The translations under genes and the position numbers were made by a program. From assembly GCA_946186495.1 (NCBI GenBank), contig CAMHNQ010000008.1, forward strand, positions 17,959 through 81,958: DNA of 64,000 bases. Reading direction: 5' to 3'. The notes beneath the pieces are model-generated. The model saw only the letters and a list, made by a program, of their open reading frames with translations. It was not told the origin of the DNA and ran no database searches. Below are positions 1 through 9,360 of this stretch, in pieces. The stretch comes from an uncultured Bacteroidales bacterium. Lineage in GTDB: Bacteria > Bacteroidota > Bacteroidia > Bacteroidales > WCHB1-69. Each line of letters starts with the position of its first letter. Positions within the stretch are counted from its first letter, which is position 1.

Positions 1-110
1 TGGCTACGAAAATCCGCTCCTATCGCAAACCTGAACCTTATAAGGGCAAAGGTATCCGCTTTGAAGGAGAGTATGTTAGAAAGAAAGCTGGTAAATCGGC
101 TGAGAAATAA
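1..110 (+). CDS. rplF: 50S ribosomal protein L6, C-terminal fragment (5' end outside window)
   Basis: The frame from nt 3 reads [35 protein letters not shown], then TAA at 108-110. This is an L6-type C-terminus and it lies directly upstream of rplR-rpsE, as in the spc operon. Confidence 0.85.
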   Translation, partial: ATKIRSYRKPEPYKGKGIRFEGEYVRKKAGKSAEK

Positions 111-128
111 TCGTCAAAATTTGTTATT

Positions 129-488
129 ATGGCTTACAATAAAAAAGAATATAGAAGAAACAGGATTAAAAACCGCATTCGCAAAATCGTTAGCGGTACT
201 CCGGTTCGTCCCAGAATGTCCGTTTTCAGAAGTAATCGCGACATCTACGTGCAAGTTATTGACGATGAGGCTGGTGTGACACTGGTGTCTGCATCTTCCA
301 AATTGCCCGATATCGCTTCCCAGAAAGTCACCAAGTGCGAAAAATCCAAGCTTGTGGGCAAGGAAATCGCCAGCCGCGCCCTCGCCGCCGGTATCACAGA
401 AGTGGTTTTCGACAGAAACGGATACTTGTATCATGGTAGAGTAAAGTCTTTGGCTGACGCAGCCAGAGAAGGTGGTCTTAAATTTTAA
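129..488 (+). CDS. rplR: 50S ribosomal protein L18
   Basis: A 119-aa ORF with a basic N-terminus ([19 protein letters not shown]) and the C-terminus [26 protein letters not shown], typical of L18. The L6-L18-S5 gene order supports the call. Confidence 0.95.
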   Translation: MAYNKKEYRRNRIKNRIRKIVSGTPVRPRMSVFRSNRDIYVQVIDDEAGVTLVSASSKLPDIASQKVTKCEKSKLVGKEIASRALAAGITEVVFDRNGYLYHGRVKSLADAAREGGLKF

Positions 489-499
489 ACATCAAAACT

Positions 500-1018
500 A
501 TGGCTAACGAAAATATCAAGAAAGTAAAAGCAGCAGACCTCGAACTCAAAGAACGCGTGGTCGCTACCAACAGAGTTACCAAGGTTACCAAGGGCGGTCG
601 TATCTTCAGCTTCGCAGTGATTGTCGTCGTCGGTAACGAGAACGGCATCGTCGGCTATGGTCTTGGTAAAGCCCGTGAGGTCTCCACCGCTATTTCCAAA
701 GGTGTAGAGGATGCCAAGAAGAACCTCATCCAAGTGCCCATCCTGAAAGGTACCATTCCTCATTCAGGAGACGGCAAGTACAGCGGCGCCCGCGTCTTCA
801 TGAAACCCGCCGCTCCCGGTACCGGTGTCATTGCCGGCGGTGCTATGCGTGCCGTGTTCGAGAGCGTTGGCGTGAAAAACGTGCTCGCCAAGTCTAAAGG
901 CTCCTCTAACCCGCATAGTGTGGTGAAGGCTACCATCGCAGCCCTCGCCAACATGCGCGACGCCTATAGCGTGGCTCAAGTCCGCGGAGTCAGCCTCGAC
1001 AAAGTGTTCAACGGCTAA
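500..1018 (+). CDS. rpsE: 30S ribosomal protein S5
   Basis: A 172-aa ORF carrying the S5 core [37 protein letters not shown]. Confidence 0.95.
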   Translation: MANENIKKVKAADLELKERVVATNRVTKVTKGGRIFSFAVIVVVGNENGIVGYGLGKAREVSTAISKGVEDAKKNLIQVPILKGTIPHSGDGKYSGARVFMKPAAPGTGVIAGGAMRAVFESVGVKNVLAKSKGSSNPHSVVKATIAALANMRDAYSVAQVRGVSLDKVFNG

Positions 1019-1042
1019 TTCAAAACATTTTCATAACTGAAG

Positions 1043-1075
1043 AAAGAGGTGCGCTACGGTGTGCCTCTTTTTTTA
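1043..1075 (+). terminator. Intrinsic terminator after rpsE
   Basis: Hairpin AAAGAGGTGCGC-TACG-GTGTGCCTCTTT followed by a T-run. Confidence 0.7.
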
Positions 1076-1120
1076 TAGTCTGCCGTACAATTAAGCTGTG
1101 TGCAGTATTCATATTTTATG

Positions 1121-1128
1121 TACCTTTG
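1121..1128 (+). promoter_or_regulatory. Bacteroidota -7 promoter box (TAnnTTTG) for purH
   Basis: TACCTTTG lies 35 nt upstream of the purH ATG, in an AT-rich context. Confidence 0.55.
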
Positions 1129-1162
1129 CACTTTGATTTTGGGAGTTATAATAATAAACAAT

Positions 1163-2698
1163 ATGAAAAAAGCGATAATCAGTGTCAGCAATAAGGACGG
1201 TGTGGTGCCTTTTGCACAGGAACTTACAAGATTGGGATTCGAGATCATCTCTACCGGTGGTACTCGCAAGGCTTTGGAAGCCGCCGGCGTCCCGACTATA
1301 GGAATCAGCGATGTCACCGGTTTCCCTGAAATCATGGACGGCCGCGTGAAAACCCTGCACCCTAAAGTCCACGGCGGACTTCTCTCCGTGCGGACTAACC
1401 CGGAACATGTCAAGGAAATGGAAACCAACGGGATAGCTCCCATTGACATGGTAGTGGTAAATCTGTATCCATTTAAACAAACCATTGAAAAAGAGGGGAC
1501 TTCTTTTGAAGATGCTATCGAGAATATAGACATCGGCGGTCCTTCCATGTTGCGCAGCGCCGCAAAAAACCATGCCTTTGTCACCGTAGTGGTGGACAGT
1601 GCTGACTATCCTGCTGTGCTTGAGGAACTTAAAGCGAATGGAGACACCACTTTAGAGACCCGTCGCCGTCTTGCTGCGAAGGTGTTCCGGCATACCGCAG
1701 CCTACGACACCTATATATCCACCTACCTGACAGAACAAGTGGGCGAAAAAGAACCTGAAAACCTGACCCTTACATTCACCAAAAAACAGTCGTTACGCTA
1801 TGGGGAGAACCCGCACCAGGAAGCCGCCTTCTATGCAGGCAAAAAGCAGGGCTATTCCATGGCTTGGGCTAAACAACTACATGGTAAAGAGTTGTCATAT
1901 AACAATATACAAGATGCTGATGCGGCCCTGCAAATCCTTCGTGAATTTGATGAACCCACAATGGTGGCCGTTAAGCACAAGAACCCTTGCGGCGTCGGTG
2001 TCGGTGCCAGTGCCCTCGAAGCTTGGACCCGCGCCTATGAGGCGGACAGCGTCTCTATCTTCGGCGGAATCGTCGCTTCAAACCGCGAAATCGACCTGCC
2101 TACTGCCGAAGCGATGAAACCTGTCTTCCTCGAAATCATCCTCGCACCCTCTTTTACCCAAGAAGCCCTTGATTATCTCTCCACGAAGAAAAACATTCGC
2201 CTGATGACTTTCAGTACCGACAAGGCAAACGCCGATGAGCGAATGTTTGTCAGCGTCGCGGGCGGCCTGCTCTGCCAATCTTTGGATCGCAAACGTTTTG
2301 AAGACTACGAGCTTAAAGTAGTGACGGAAAAGGCTCCCACCGCCAAGGAGATGGAAGACCTGAAACTGGCCATGACCATTTGTAAGCATGTCCGCTCCAA
2401 TGCCATCACGGTCTCTTGCGATGGCCGTATTGCAGGTATCGGTGCCGGCCAGATGAACCGTGTCGGAGCAGCGCATATAGCCTTGGAAGAGGCTAAGGGA
2501 AAGTGTATTACGAATAATCTCTGTCTTGCAAGTGATGCGTTCTTCCCCTTTGACGATGTGGTGAAGATGGCTCAGCAGTATGGGGTTACGGCCATAATTC
2601 AGCCCGGCGGCAGTGTCCGTGACGAAGACTCTATCAAGGCATGCAACGAAGCCGGTATTGCAATGGTTTTCACTGGTGTCCGTCATTTTAAACATTAG
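1163..2698 (+). CDS. purH: Bifunctional AICAR formyltransferase / IMP cyclohydrolase
   Basis: The track ORF is 1100..2698, but its first 21 codons start at GTG and run across the promoter box. I moved the start to ATG 1163 (MKKAIISVSNKDG). The protein has full-length PurH architecture and ends in GVRHFKH. Confidence 0.95.
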   Translation: MKKAIISVSNKDGVVPFAQELTRLGFEIISTGGTRKALEAAGVPTIGISDVTGFPEIMDGRVKTLHPKVHGGLLSVRTNPEHVKEMETNGIAPIDMVVVNLYPFKQTIEKEGTSFEDAIENIDIGGPSMLRSAAKNHAFVTVVVDSADYPAVLEELKANGDTTLETRRRLAAKVFRHTAAYDTYISTYLTEQVGEKEPENLTLTFTKKQSLRYGENPHQEAAFYAGKKQGYSMAWAKQLHGKELSYNNIQDADAALQILREFDEPTMVAVKHKNPCGVGVGASALEAWTRAYEADSVSIFGGIVASNREIDLPTAEAMKPVFLEIILAPSFTQEALDYLSTKKNIRLMTFSTDKANADERMFVSVAGGLLCQSLDRKRFEDYELKVVTEKAPTAKEMEDLKLAMTICKHVRSNAITVSCDGRIAGIGAGQMNRVGAAHIALEEAKGKCITNNLCLASDAFFPFDDVVKMAQQYGVTAIIQPGGSVRDEDSIKACNEAGIAMVFTGVRHFKH

Positions 2699-2731
2699 TC
2701 AAGCGGCCACTCGTCGTTTTGTATTAAGGAA

Positions 2732-3403
2732 ATGATAAACCCTAACATAGAAGAGTCATGGAAGAAGGTGCTTTGGGATCAGTTCCAAGCCCCTTATTTT
2801 GCAGCCCTGAAACAATTTCTCCAGGAGGAGAAACGGCATTTTCCCGTCTATCCTCCAGGGCCGATGATTTTCAATGCTTTCAACTCCACTCCTTTTGAAA
2901 AGGTGAAGGTGGTGATTATCGGGCAGGATCCGTACCACGGGGAGGGACAGGCCCACGGGCTTTGTTTCTCGGTACAAGATGGCGTGCCGGTTCCTAAGTC
3001 GTTGCAGAACATCTTCAAGGAGTTAAGTTCCGATGTCGGATTCCGGATTCCGGAGAGCGGTAATCTTCAGCCGTGGGCAAACCAAGGTGTGCTGCTGCTC
3101 AACGCCACACTGACGGTTCGCGCTCACCAGGCAGGTTCGCACCAACGTCACGGTTGGGAGACGTTCACTGATTGTGCCATACAAAGGCTCTCCGAAAAAA
3201 GGGATGGTTTGGTTTTTCTCTTATGGGGTAACTATGCTATTGAAAAGCAACATCTTATCGATACCAATAAGCACTATGTCCTGACAGCGCCTCACCCGTC
3301 CCCATTGTCCGCATCGCGGGGATTCTTTGGCTGCCGGCACTTCTCTAAGACCAACGATATATTGGCTTCTTTGGGAAGAGAACCGATAAACTGGCAGTTG
3401 TAG
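2732..3403 (+). CDS. ung: Uracil-DNA glycosylase, family 1
   Basis: A 223-aa ORF with the catalytic water-activating loop GQDPYHGEGQAHGLCFSV and the HPSPLS motif. Confidence 0.95.
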   Translation: MINPNIEESWKKVLWDQFQAPYFAALKQFLQEEKRHFPVYPPGPMIFNAFNSTPFEKVKVVIIGQDPYHGEGQAHGLCFSVQDGVPVPKSLQNIFKELSSDVGFRIPESGNLQPWANQGVLLLNATLTVRAHQAGSHQRHGWETFTDCAIQRLSEKRDGLVFLLWGNYAIEKQHLIDTNKHYVLTAPHPSPLSASRGFFGCRHFSKTNDILASLGREPINWQL

Positions 3404-3474
3404 CTGAAAATTGAAGGGATGGTTATGGGGTACCATGAGTGGGTGTGATGAAGTTTAAGTCTTAGGGTTAAGAT

Positions 3475-6411
3475 ATGGAGCAATCTTTTTTAGAGCAAAT
3501 AATCGGGAAGATACTGGATGACAAGAATGTGCCGCTGCACGACGTTGTGGTCGTGCTTCCGAATCGCCGTGCCAAACGCTATTTGCAGCGTGGACTTTTG
3601 GCGTCCAATCATTTTCAGACGATGTTCCTGCCTCAGATATTCCCGATGGAGGAGTTTGTGGAATGGCTTTCCCCGCTCAAGTCCATTGATTCCGTAACAC
3701 AATTGTTCCGATTGCAAACGGTCACCCGCGAGATGAAAGGGGAACGTTTTGAACAACACGCACTTCTGTCTTGGGTTGTCCCTTTTTTGAAGGACATCAG
3801 CGACATGGATATGCAGCTCCAGGATGTGCCTGCCATTTTGAAGGAATATGCCAAAGCCGCCAAGTTTGAGATTACGTTCGGGAAGGACGAGGCTTCGGAG
3901 GCTGATCGCGAGAGAATTTTTTTCAACGAGCTTTTGGGTGAGCTTTACGAGAAATATCGTAAGCTACTCTATGAAGCCAATGAGGCTTATGAAGGGATGA
4001 TTTATCGGGATTGTGCAGAACATATCGAACAATACGCCGGCAAACTCCCTTTCCGTCGCTTTGTCTTCGCCGGCTTCTATGCTCTGTCGCCTTCAGAACT
4101 GGAAATTATCCGTTACTTTAAGGAACACTTTTCCACGGAGGTCTATTTCGACATAGACCCTTTTTACTGTCATCTTGAAGAAGAGGGAGACGTTATGCAG
4201 GGGAACGCGTCTCGGCGTGACACCTCCTTTTTCATCCATAGAAACTGTCAAAAACTGCGGATAGAAGCCGGGGAGCTGTCGTTTAAGGAGCCTCATTTCG
4301 CCACGATACCCAAAACTGTGCATATTGTGTCCACGGCCGGCAACATCCGGCAGATTTATGCTGCCATCCAAGCGGTGGAGAGTATTCGTAAACAAAAGGT
4401 GCAAGAAGGGAAAACCGCAGATGGGGTGGTGGATATGTCGGACACGGCTGTGGCATTGGCGGATGAGAACCTGCTGTTACCCTTTTTACTGGCATATCGT
4501 CCAAAGGATGTGAAGATTAATGCCACCATGGGTTTCCCTTTCGAGGCCACGCCGGTCTACTCGCTGCTGTTGCAGTTGTTAGAGCTCTATGAGTCTGCTT
4601 TTGCGCTGACTGCGGATACCGATTCGGAGATGACTTTCAGCGGCGTGCAGGTTGAACTGTTGTGGGAGCATGAACTATTGCGTACAGTGCGGCCTTCCAA
4701 TGCTTATTTCCCAACCCTCGTTAGAAGTGGTCAACTTCCTCATAGCGAATTGTTTGCGGATATGTCCAAACAGTCGTTGTCGCGTCGGCTTCCAGCATTG
4801 CTGCTCCGTTTCTCCCAGTTTGTACATGAGAGAACCGAGGATTCGTTCTACCAGAAACTGTGGGAGGAGGTGGAACGTGAATTATGTGGTATCCAGTCTC
4901 TTTTTGACGAAAATTTTGCCGATACCGAGGTGGTGGATTTCCCATTTGCCCGTTATGCGGTTGTCAGGTGGCTTCACGACGTGTCCATTTCCATACAGGG
5001 GAATCCGGATATAGGACTTCAGGTAATGGGGCTTCTGGAGACCCGTATGATGGATTTTCAAAACGTGATTATGTTGTCCGTGAACGAAGGCATTCTGCCG
5101 AAGGGCATCACTTACAATTCTTTGCTCCCATTTGACTTCAAATACAAATTCGATGGTCAGGAGGCCCTGCCCAGCTACCTTTATCAGGATCAGGTGTATG
5201 CTTATCACTTTTTTAGACTTCTCCAGCGGGCAAAGCAGGTTTACCTGATCTATAACCAAGCTTCAGATGAGAGCATGGCTGAAAAAAGCCGTTTTATTTC
5301 CCAGTTGGAATATGAGATAGTTGACCAGCATCTTGAGAAAGTGATAGAGGTTACGCACCGTCATTTCGATTTTGATTTGAAATTGCCCTTAGCCAAAGCT
5401 TTGTCTGTCCCGAAATCCGATGAAGTGATGAAACGTCTGCGGCAATTTCCATTCTCGGCATCATCGCTGCAGTGCTATATAAGCTGTCCCCTGAAATTCT
5501 ATCTGCGGTATCTGATGAAAGTCCAGGCTTCGCCCGTTTTGGGCGACAACCTTGAAGCGTACGAGTTGGGGACTGTCATCCATGCGTTGTTCAAAAAGGC
5601 CCTTGACGAGATTGTGGTGGAGCAAGATCCTACAAAGTACGAATCCATTCTTCAACGTCACATTGATTCTTGCGATGAGAGTATTTGTCTGGAAATAAGA
5701 TCTTTGAAGAACAGAGAATCGCTGAGTAAATCGGATTTGGAACAGGGACATTGGCTGATTAACCGTCAGATTATTGGAGAGACGGTTAAAAATTACCTGG
5801 AAAAGGCGAAAGTCGAGTTGATTCAGACGGACTGGTCCATCACAGACAATGAATTGGCGGTGAACATTCCTGGTTATCAGGTTGAGCCTATTGACGGAAG
5901 CACCCCATTCCAGGTGAAGTTGACGGGAAGCCTTGACCGTGTACAGAAAAACGGGGATAGAGTGGCCATTATTGACTACAAAACAGGGAAGGTGGAGGAG
6001 AGTCATCTTCACGTGACGCTGAAGAAGGGTTTGATGGGCGACGATGCGGCAGTTTCAGCTGCGTTGGATTCCATTTTCACGGACAGCAAGTATGACAAAT
6101 TGTTTCAACTGGTGTTCTATGTCCTTATTTATGAGCATTATGTGAAAGAAAAAACAAATTATGTGGAGGTGGGTATCATCAGTACCCGGGAAGTGAACAA
6201 GAACAGTGACTCGTATTTTTTGTCAGGGCAGATTTTAGGTGAAAGAAACATTCTGACTTACAAGCGGGAGCTGTCGGAGCGTCTGAATATGCTTTTCTGT
6301 GATATTTTTGATGCGAAGAAATCGTTTAAGCAGACCGACGACAATAAAAAATGCAGGCTTTGTGATTTCCTGCATTTATGTGGACGGCAGACTGCCGCAG
6401 AAAGTCGTTAG
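3475..6411 (+). CDS. AddB-like PD-(D/E)XK nuclease family protein with C-terminal Fe-S cysteine staple
   Basis: A 978-aa ORF. The C-terminal nuclease core is LTGSLDRVQKNGDRVAIIDYKTGK. The cysteines CYISCPLKF plus CRLCDFLHLC match the AddB/Cas4-type 4Cys cluster pattern. The N-terminal helicase-like region has no obvious Walker A motif. Confidence 0.8.
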   Translation: MEQSFLEQIIGKILDDKNVPLHDVVVVLPNRRAKRYLQRGLLASNHFQTMFLPQIFPMEEFVEWLSPLKSIDSVTQLFRLQTVTREMKGERFEQHALLSWVVPFLKDISDMDMQLQDVPAILKEYAKAAKFEITFGKDEASEADRERIFFNELLGELYEKYRKLLYEANEAYEGMIYRDCAEHIEQYAGKLPFRRFVFAGFYALSPSELEIIRYFKEHFSTEVYFDIDPFYCHLEEEGDVMQGNASRRDTSFFIHRNCQKLRIEAGELSFKEPHFATIPKTVHIVSTAGNIRQIYAAIQAVESIRKQKVQEGKTADGVVDMSDTAVALADENLLLPFLLAYRPKDVKINATMGFPFEATPVYSLLLQLLELYESAFALTADTDSEMTFSGVQVELLWEHELLRTVRPSNAYFPTLVRSGQLPHSELFADMSKQSLSRRLPALLLRFSQFVHERTEDSFYQKLWEEVERELCGIQSLFDENFADTEVVDFPFARYAVVRWLHDVSISIQGNPDIGLQVMGLLETRMMDFQNVIMLSVNEGILPKGITYNSLLPFDFKYKFDGQEALPSYLYQDQVYAYHFFRLLQRAKQVYLIYNQASDESMAEKSRFISQLEYEIVDQHLEKVIEVTHRHFDFDLKLPLAKALSVPKSDEVMKRLRQFPFSASSLQCYISCPLKFYLRYLMKVQASPVLGDNLEAYELGTVIHALFKKALDEIVVEQDPTKYESILQRHIDSCDESICLEIRSLKNRESLSKSDLEQGHWLINRQIIGETVKNYLEKAKVELIQTDWSITDNELAVNIPGYQVEPIDGSTPFQVKLTGSLDRVQKNGDRVAIIDYKTGKVEESHLHVTLKKGLMGDDAAVSAALDSIFTDSKYDKLFQLVFYVLIYEHYVKEKTNYVEVGIISTREVNKNSDSYFLSGQILGERNILTYKRELSERLNMLFCDIFDAKKSFKQTDDNKKCRLCDFLHLCGRQTAAESR

Positions 6412-6419
6412 TGTATTCC

Positions 6420-7292
6420 TTATAACTTTAACATTCTCGCTTTCAGCGTGTTTTGGAGTAGGCATGCTGTTGTCATAGCACCAGTGCCGCCTGGGACTGG
6501 GGTGATGGAACCGCAAATTTTGGAAACATCTTCGAAAAGGACATCGCCGCAGAGTCGGTAGCCTTTGGTTTGGTCGGGGGCGTCGAGACGGTGCACGCCC
6601 ACGTCAATAACCGTGGCGCCCTCCTTGACGTATTCCGCAGTAATCATTTCAGGTTGTCCGATGGCTACGATGAGAATGTCGGCGCGGCGACAGATTTGCG
6701 GAAGGTTCTGGGTATGGCTGTGGCAGACGGTTACGGTCGCGTTGATGCTCTTTTGTAGCATAAGCATGGCCATTGGTTTTCCGACTATGTTGCTACGCCC
6801 CACGATAACACAGTTTTTGCCTTTTGTCTCGATGTTGCAACGTTGGATCAGCTCGATGACACCGTGCGGAGTGGCCGGGAGATAGCATTCCTTGCCGAGG
6901 AGCAGATTGCCCATGTTTTCGGGATGGAAGCAGTCCATGTCCTTAGCAGGGCTTACGTGCGCTGTCACCTTGTCGATGGAAATCTGCTTCGGTAGAGGCA
7001 TTTGGATGATGTAACCGTCGATTTCATCGTCTTGGTTGAGGAAGTCGAGGGTTGTGAGGAACTCCTCTTCAGAGATGTTAGGGGAAAGGTGGTAGACAGA
7101 GGAGACGAACCCCACGCCCTTGCACTGTTTTTCAATGCTGCTGACGTAGCTGAGTGCCGCCCCGTCGTCGCCGGCGATGACTACGGCGAGGTGAGGGGCG
7201 CGTAATCCTTTGTCTAAAAGACCTTTGACTGTTACGGCAATTTCCGTTTTAATTGTTTCGGAAATGGTTTTTCCGTCAATGATAGTGACCAT
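6420..7292 (-). CDS. folD: Bifunctional methylenetetrahydrofolate dehydrogenase / methenyl-THF cyclohydrolase
   Basis: A 290-aa ORF with FolD motifs, including VVIAGDDGAALSYV, GRSNIVGKPMAMLL and PVPGGTGAMT. Confidence 0.95.
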   Translation of the reverse strand: MVTIIDGKTISETIKTEIAVTVKGLLDKGLRAPHLAVVIAGDDGAALSYVSSIEKQCKGVGFVSSVYHLSPNISEEEFLTTLDFLNQDDEIDGYIIQMPLPKQISIDKVTAHVSPAKDMDCFHPENMGNLLLGKECYLPATPHGVIELIQRCNIETKGKNCVIVGRSNIVGKPMAMLMLQKSINATVTVCHSHTQNLPQICRRADILIVAIGQPEMITAEYVKEGATVIDVGVHRLDAPDQTKGYRLCGDVLFEDVSKICGSITPVPGGTGAMTTACLLQNTLKARMLKL

Positions 7293-7307
7293 GGCAATGA
7301 TATTGGA

Positions 7308-8126
7308 CTATTGGAGGGATTTCAGTTCGGACTCTTTAGCAGAGGCGTTTTTCTTGTTCTCCTCAATCTTTTTCTCCAGTTTGTTCAGATCGTTGTTCAT
7401 TTTCAACACGGATTTCTGCATGCTGGACTGGGCCTTTTGGAGTGTCAGCCGCTCTTTGGACGCTTCGTCAATTTGGATTTTCAAGGTTTCGTCGTGTGAT
7501 TCGGTGAATTTTTCTTGCAGTTTATTGATTTCGTCGTTTTTCTTCTCGGCCATTTCGGCGGTGCTTCTCAAGTCGTTGTTCATATTGGCGAGTTTGTCTT
7601 TGGTTTTGTTTCGCTCTTTTTCAAGGTTCTGGCGCTCCTTTTCAAGATTGTTCAGTTCTTTTTTCAGCTGTTCAATGCGGAGGTTGGTCTTGTAGATTTC
7701 CACTTCGGGAGGGAAGTTTTCAAGGAAGGCGGTGATGTTTCGAGAGGTACGCGGGTCGTTGGAGTAGGTGATGCAGTTAAGGTTGCCTGTGGAAACCACA
7801 AGGGTCAATTGCGTGGCCTTGTTTTTCTTTTTGCCGATTTCCGCGGATGTGAAATATATGTCGTACCTTGCGTCGCCGAATGCGCTGCAGGGGTAGTTCT
7901 CATACACATAGTACCCTTTTTTCTTTGAACTCTTCATTTTGAATCTGCTTTCGAAAAGGCTGCTGAGGGCGCCGTTCACCTCTTTCGGGGTGCCGTTGCT
8001 GATGTTGATGGTGAAACCTGTGAGTTGGTCTTTACCGAATAATACAACGGTTTCGTTGACCCTTTGTGCTGACAATGAGGTTAATACACCCACAAGAACG
8101 AATAATGCAAAAACTTTTTTGATCAT
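7308..8126 (-). CDS. Secreted hypothetical protein with long C-terminal coiled coil
   Basis: I placed the start at the internal ATG (MIKKVFALFVLVGVLTSLSAQ signal peptide). A globular domain of about 130 aa is followed by about 130 aa of K/E/N-rich heptad sequence. No family was recognised. Confidence 0.6.
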   Translation of the reverse strand: MIKKVFALFVLVGVLTSLSAQRVNETVVLFGKDQLTGFTINISNGTPKEVNGALSSLFESRFKMKSSKKKGYYVYENYPCSAFGDARYDIYFTSAEIGKKKNKATQLTLVVSTGNLNCITYSNDPRTSRNITAFLENFPPEVEIYKTNLRIEQLKKELNNLEKERQNLEKERNKTKDKLANMNNDLRSTAEMAEKKNDEINKLQEKFTESHDETLKIQIDEASKERLTLQKAQSSMQKSVLKMNNDLNKLEKKIEENKKNASAKESELKSLQ

Positions 8127-8187
8127 AATTTTATTGTTTTTATTGTCAAATGAATCGTTTGAAATCAAGCGGCAAAGATAAAAAATT

Positions 8188-8195
8188 TATTTTTG
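8188..8195 (+). promoter_or_regulatory. -7 promoter box (TAnnTTTG) for dusB
   Basis: TATTTTTG lies 10 nt upstream of ATG 8205. The track start at 8193 is a TTG inside or next to this box. Confidence 0.45.
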
Positions 8196-8204
8196 CCGTT
8201 GATT

Positions 8205-9164
8205 ATGCCAACGATAAAAGAAATACTCCAACGTTTCGACTTCCCGGTCTATCTTGCTCCTATGGAGGGTGTTACGGACAGGGCTTACCGTCGTATTTGC
8301 AAACAATACGGTGCCGATATTCTCATCTCCGAGTTCGTCTCCTCAGAAGCGCTGTCGCGTGAGGTGGAGAAAAGTTTTCGAAAAATGAACTTTGAAGAGG
8401 ACGAGCGGCCGTTCGGAGTGCAGATATTCGGGGGCAATGAGTCCGCGTTGGTGACCGCAGCGCAGTATGCCGCGGCGCAGCATCCCGATTTTATTGACAT
8501 TAACTGGGGTTGCCCTGTGAAAAAGATTGTCAGTAAGGGTGCTGGTGCGGCGATGCTGCAGGATATTCCAAAGATGGTCTCCCTGACCGCCGCTGTGGTC
8601 AAGGCCGTGGATTTGCCGGTGACCGTGAAGACGCGTCTGGGGTGGGAGAGTGCCAACAAACCCATAGTGGAGGTTGCGGAGAGGTTGCAGGATGTCGGCA
8701 TACAGGCCATCACCATCCATGGCCGCACACGTGCGCAACAATATGGCGGGGAGGCGGACTGGACGCTCATCGGCGAGGTGAAAAACAATCCGCGCATGGT
8801 GATTCCGGTAGTGGGTAACGGGGACATTGACAGTGCCGCGCGAGCTGTCGCCTACAAGGAACGGTACGGAGTGGATGCTGTCATGATTGGGCGCGCTGCC
8901 ATTGGTAACCCGTGGATTTTTCAGCAAATCAAGGCGTTAAGAATGGGGAAAACCTATCATGAACCCACCTATGCGGAACGGGCGCAATTGGTGTCTCGCC
9001 ATCTTCGCGAAAACGAAAAGGAAAAGGGTGAGCGTGTCGCCGTACTTGAAATGCGAACCATGTATTCCGGTTATTTTCGTGGAATCCCACATTTTAAATC
9101 CAAGAAAATCAGGTTGATGTCCGCGATGACTGTGGCTGAATGTGAAGAGATTCTGTTCGAATAA
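8205..9164 (+). CDS. dusB: tRNA-dihydrouridine synthase
   Basis: Dus family TIM-barrel motifs are present: LAPMEGVTDRAYR, INWGCPVKKIV and TIHGRTRAQQYGGEADW. Confidence 0.9.
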   Translation: MPTIKEILQRFDFPVYLAPMEGVTDRAYRRICKQYGADILISEFVSSEALSREVEKSFRKMNFEEDERPFGVQIFGGNESALVTAAQYAAAQHPDFIDINWGCPVKKIVSKGAGAAMLQDIPKMVSLTAAVVKAVDLPVTVKTRLGWESANKPIVEVAERLQDVGIQAITIHGRTRAQQYGGEADWTLIGEVKNNPRMVIPVVGNGDIDSAARAVAYKERYGVDAVMIGRAAIGNPWIFQQIKALRMGKTYHEPTYAERAQLVSRHLRENEKEKGERVAVLEMRTMYSGYFRGIPHFKSKKIRLMSAMTVAECEEILFE

Positions 9165-9204
9165 AAAAAGTCATTTTTTTGAGCCGTTAATTCGTTTTTT
9201 TTTA

Positions 9205-9212
9205 TATCTTTG
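9205..9212 (+). promoter_or_regulatory. -7 promoter box for the giant surface-protein gene
   Basis: TATCTTTG is preceded by a T-run. It implies a leader of about 140-150 nt before ATG 9361. Confidence 0.5.
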
Positions 9213-9360
9213 CCCCCTTATTTGTATATTGGTGCTTTTTTGGAATTGACGGGAATGCGCCAGTAGAGGTGGGAATGGCTTGTTGGCGTGACAGACAAGT
9301 ATGTAGAACTGTTGTAAATCGCTGATTATAAATATATTGGAGAAATATAAAATTAAAAAT

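Noticed and set aside
9165-9360. I looked for invertible (phase-variable) promoter structure upstream of the giant surface-protein gene and the other T9SS cargo genes.
   Set aside because: I could find no flanking inverted repeats bracketing the promoter boxes by eye, and no nearby site-specific recombinase gene.
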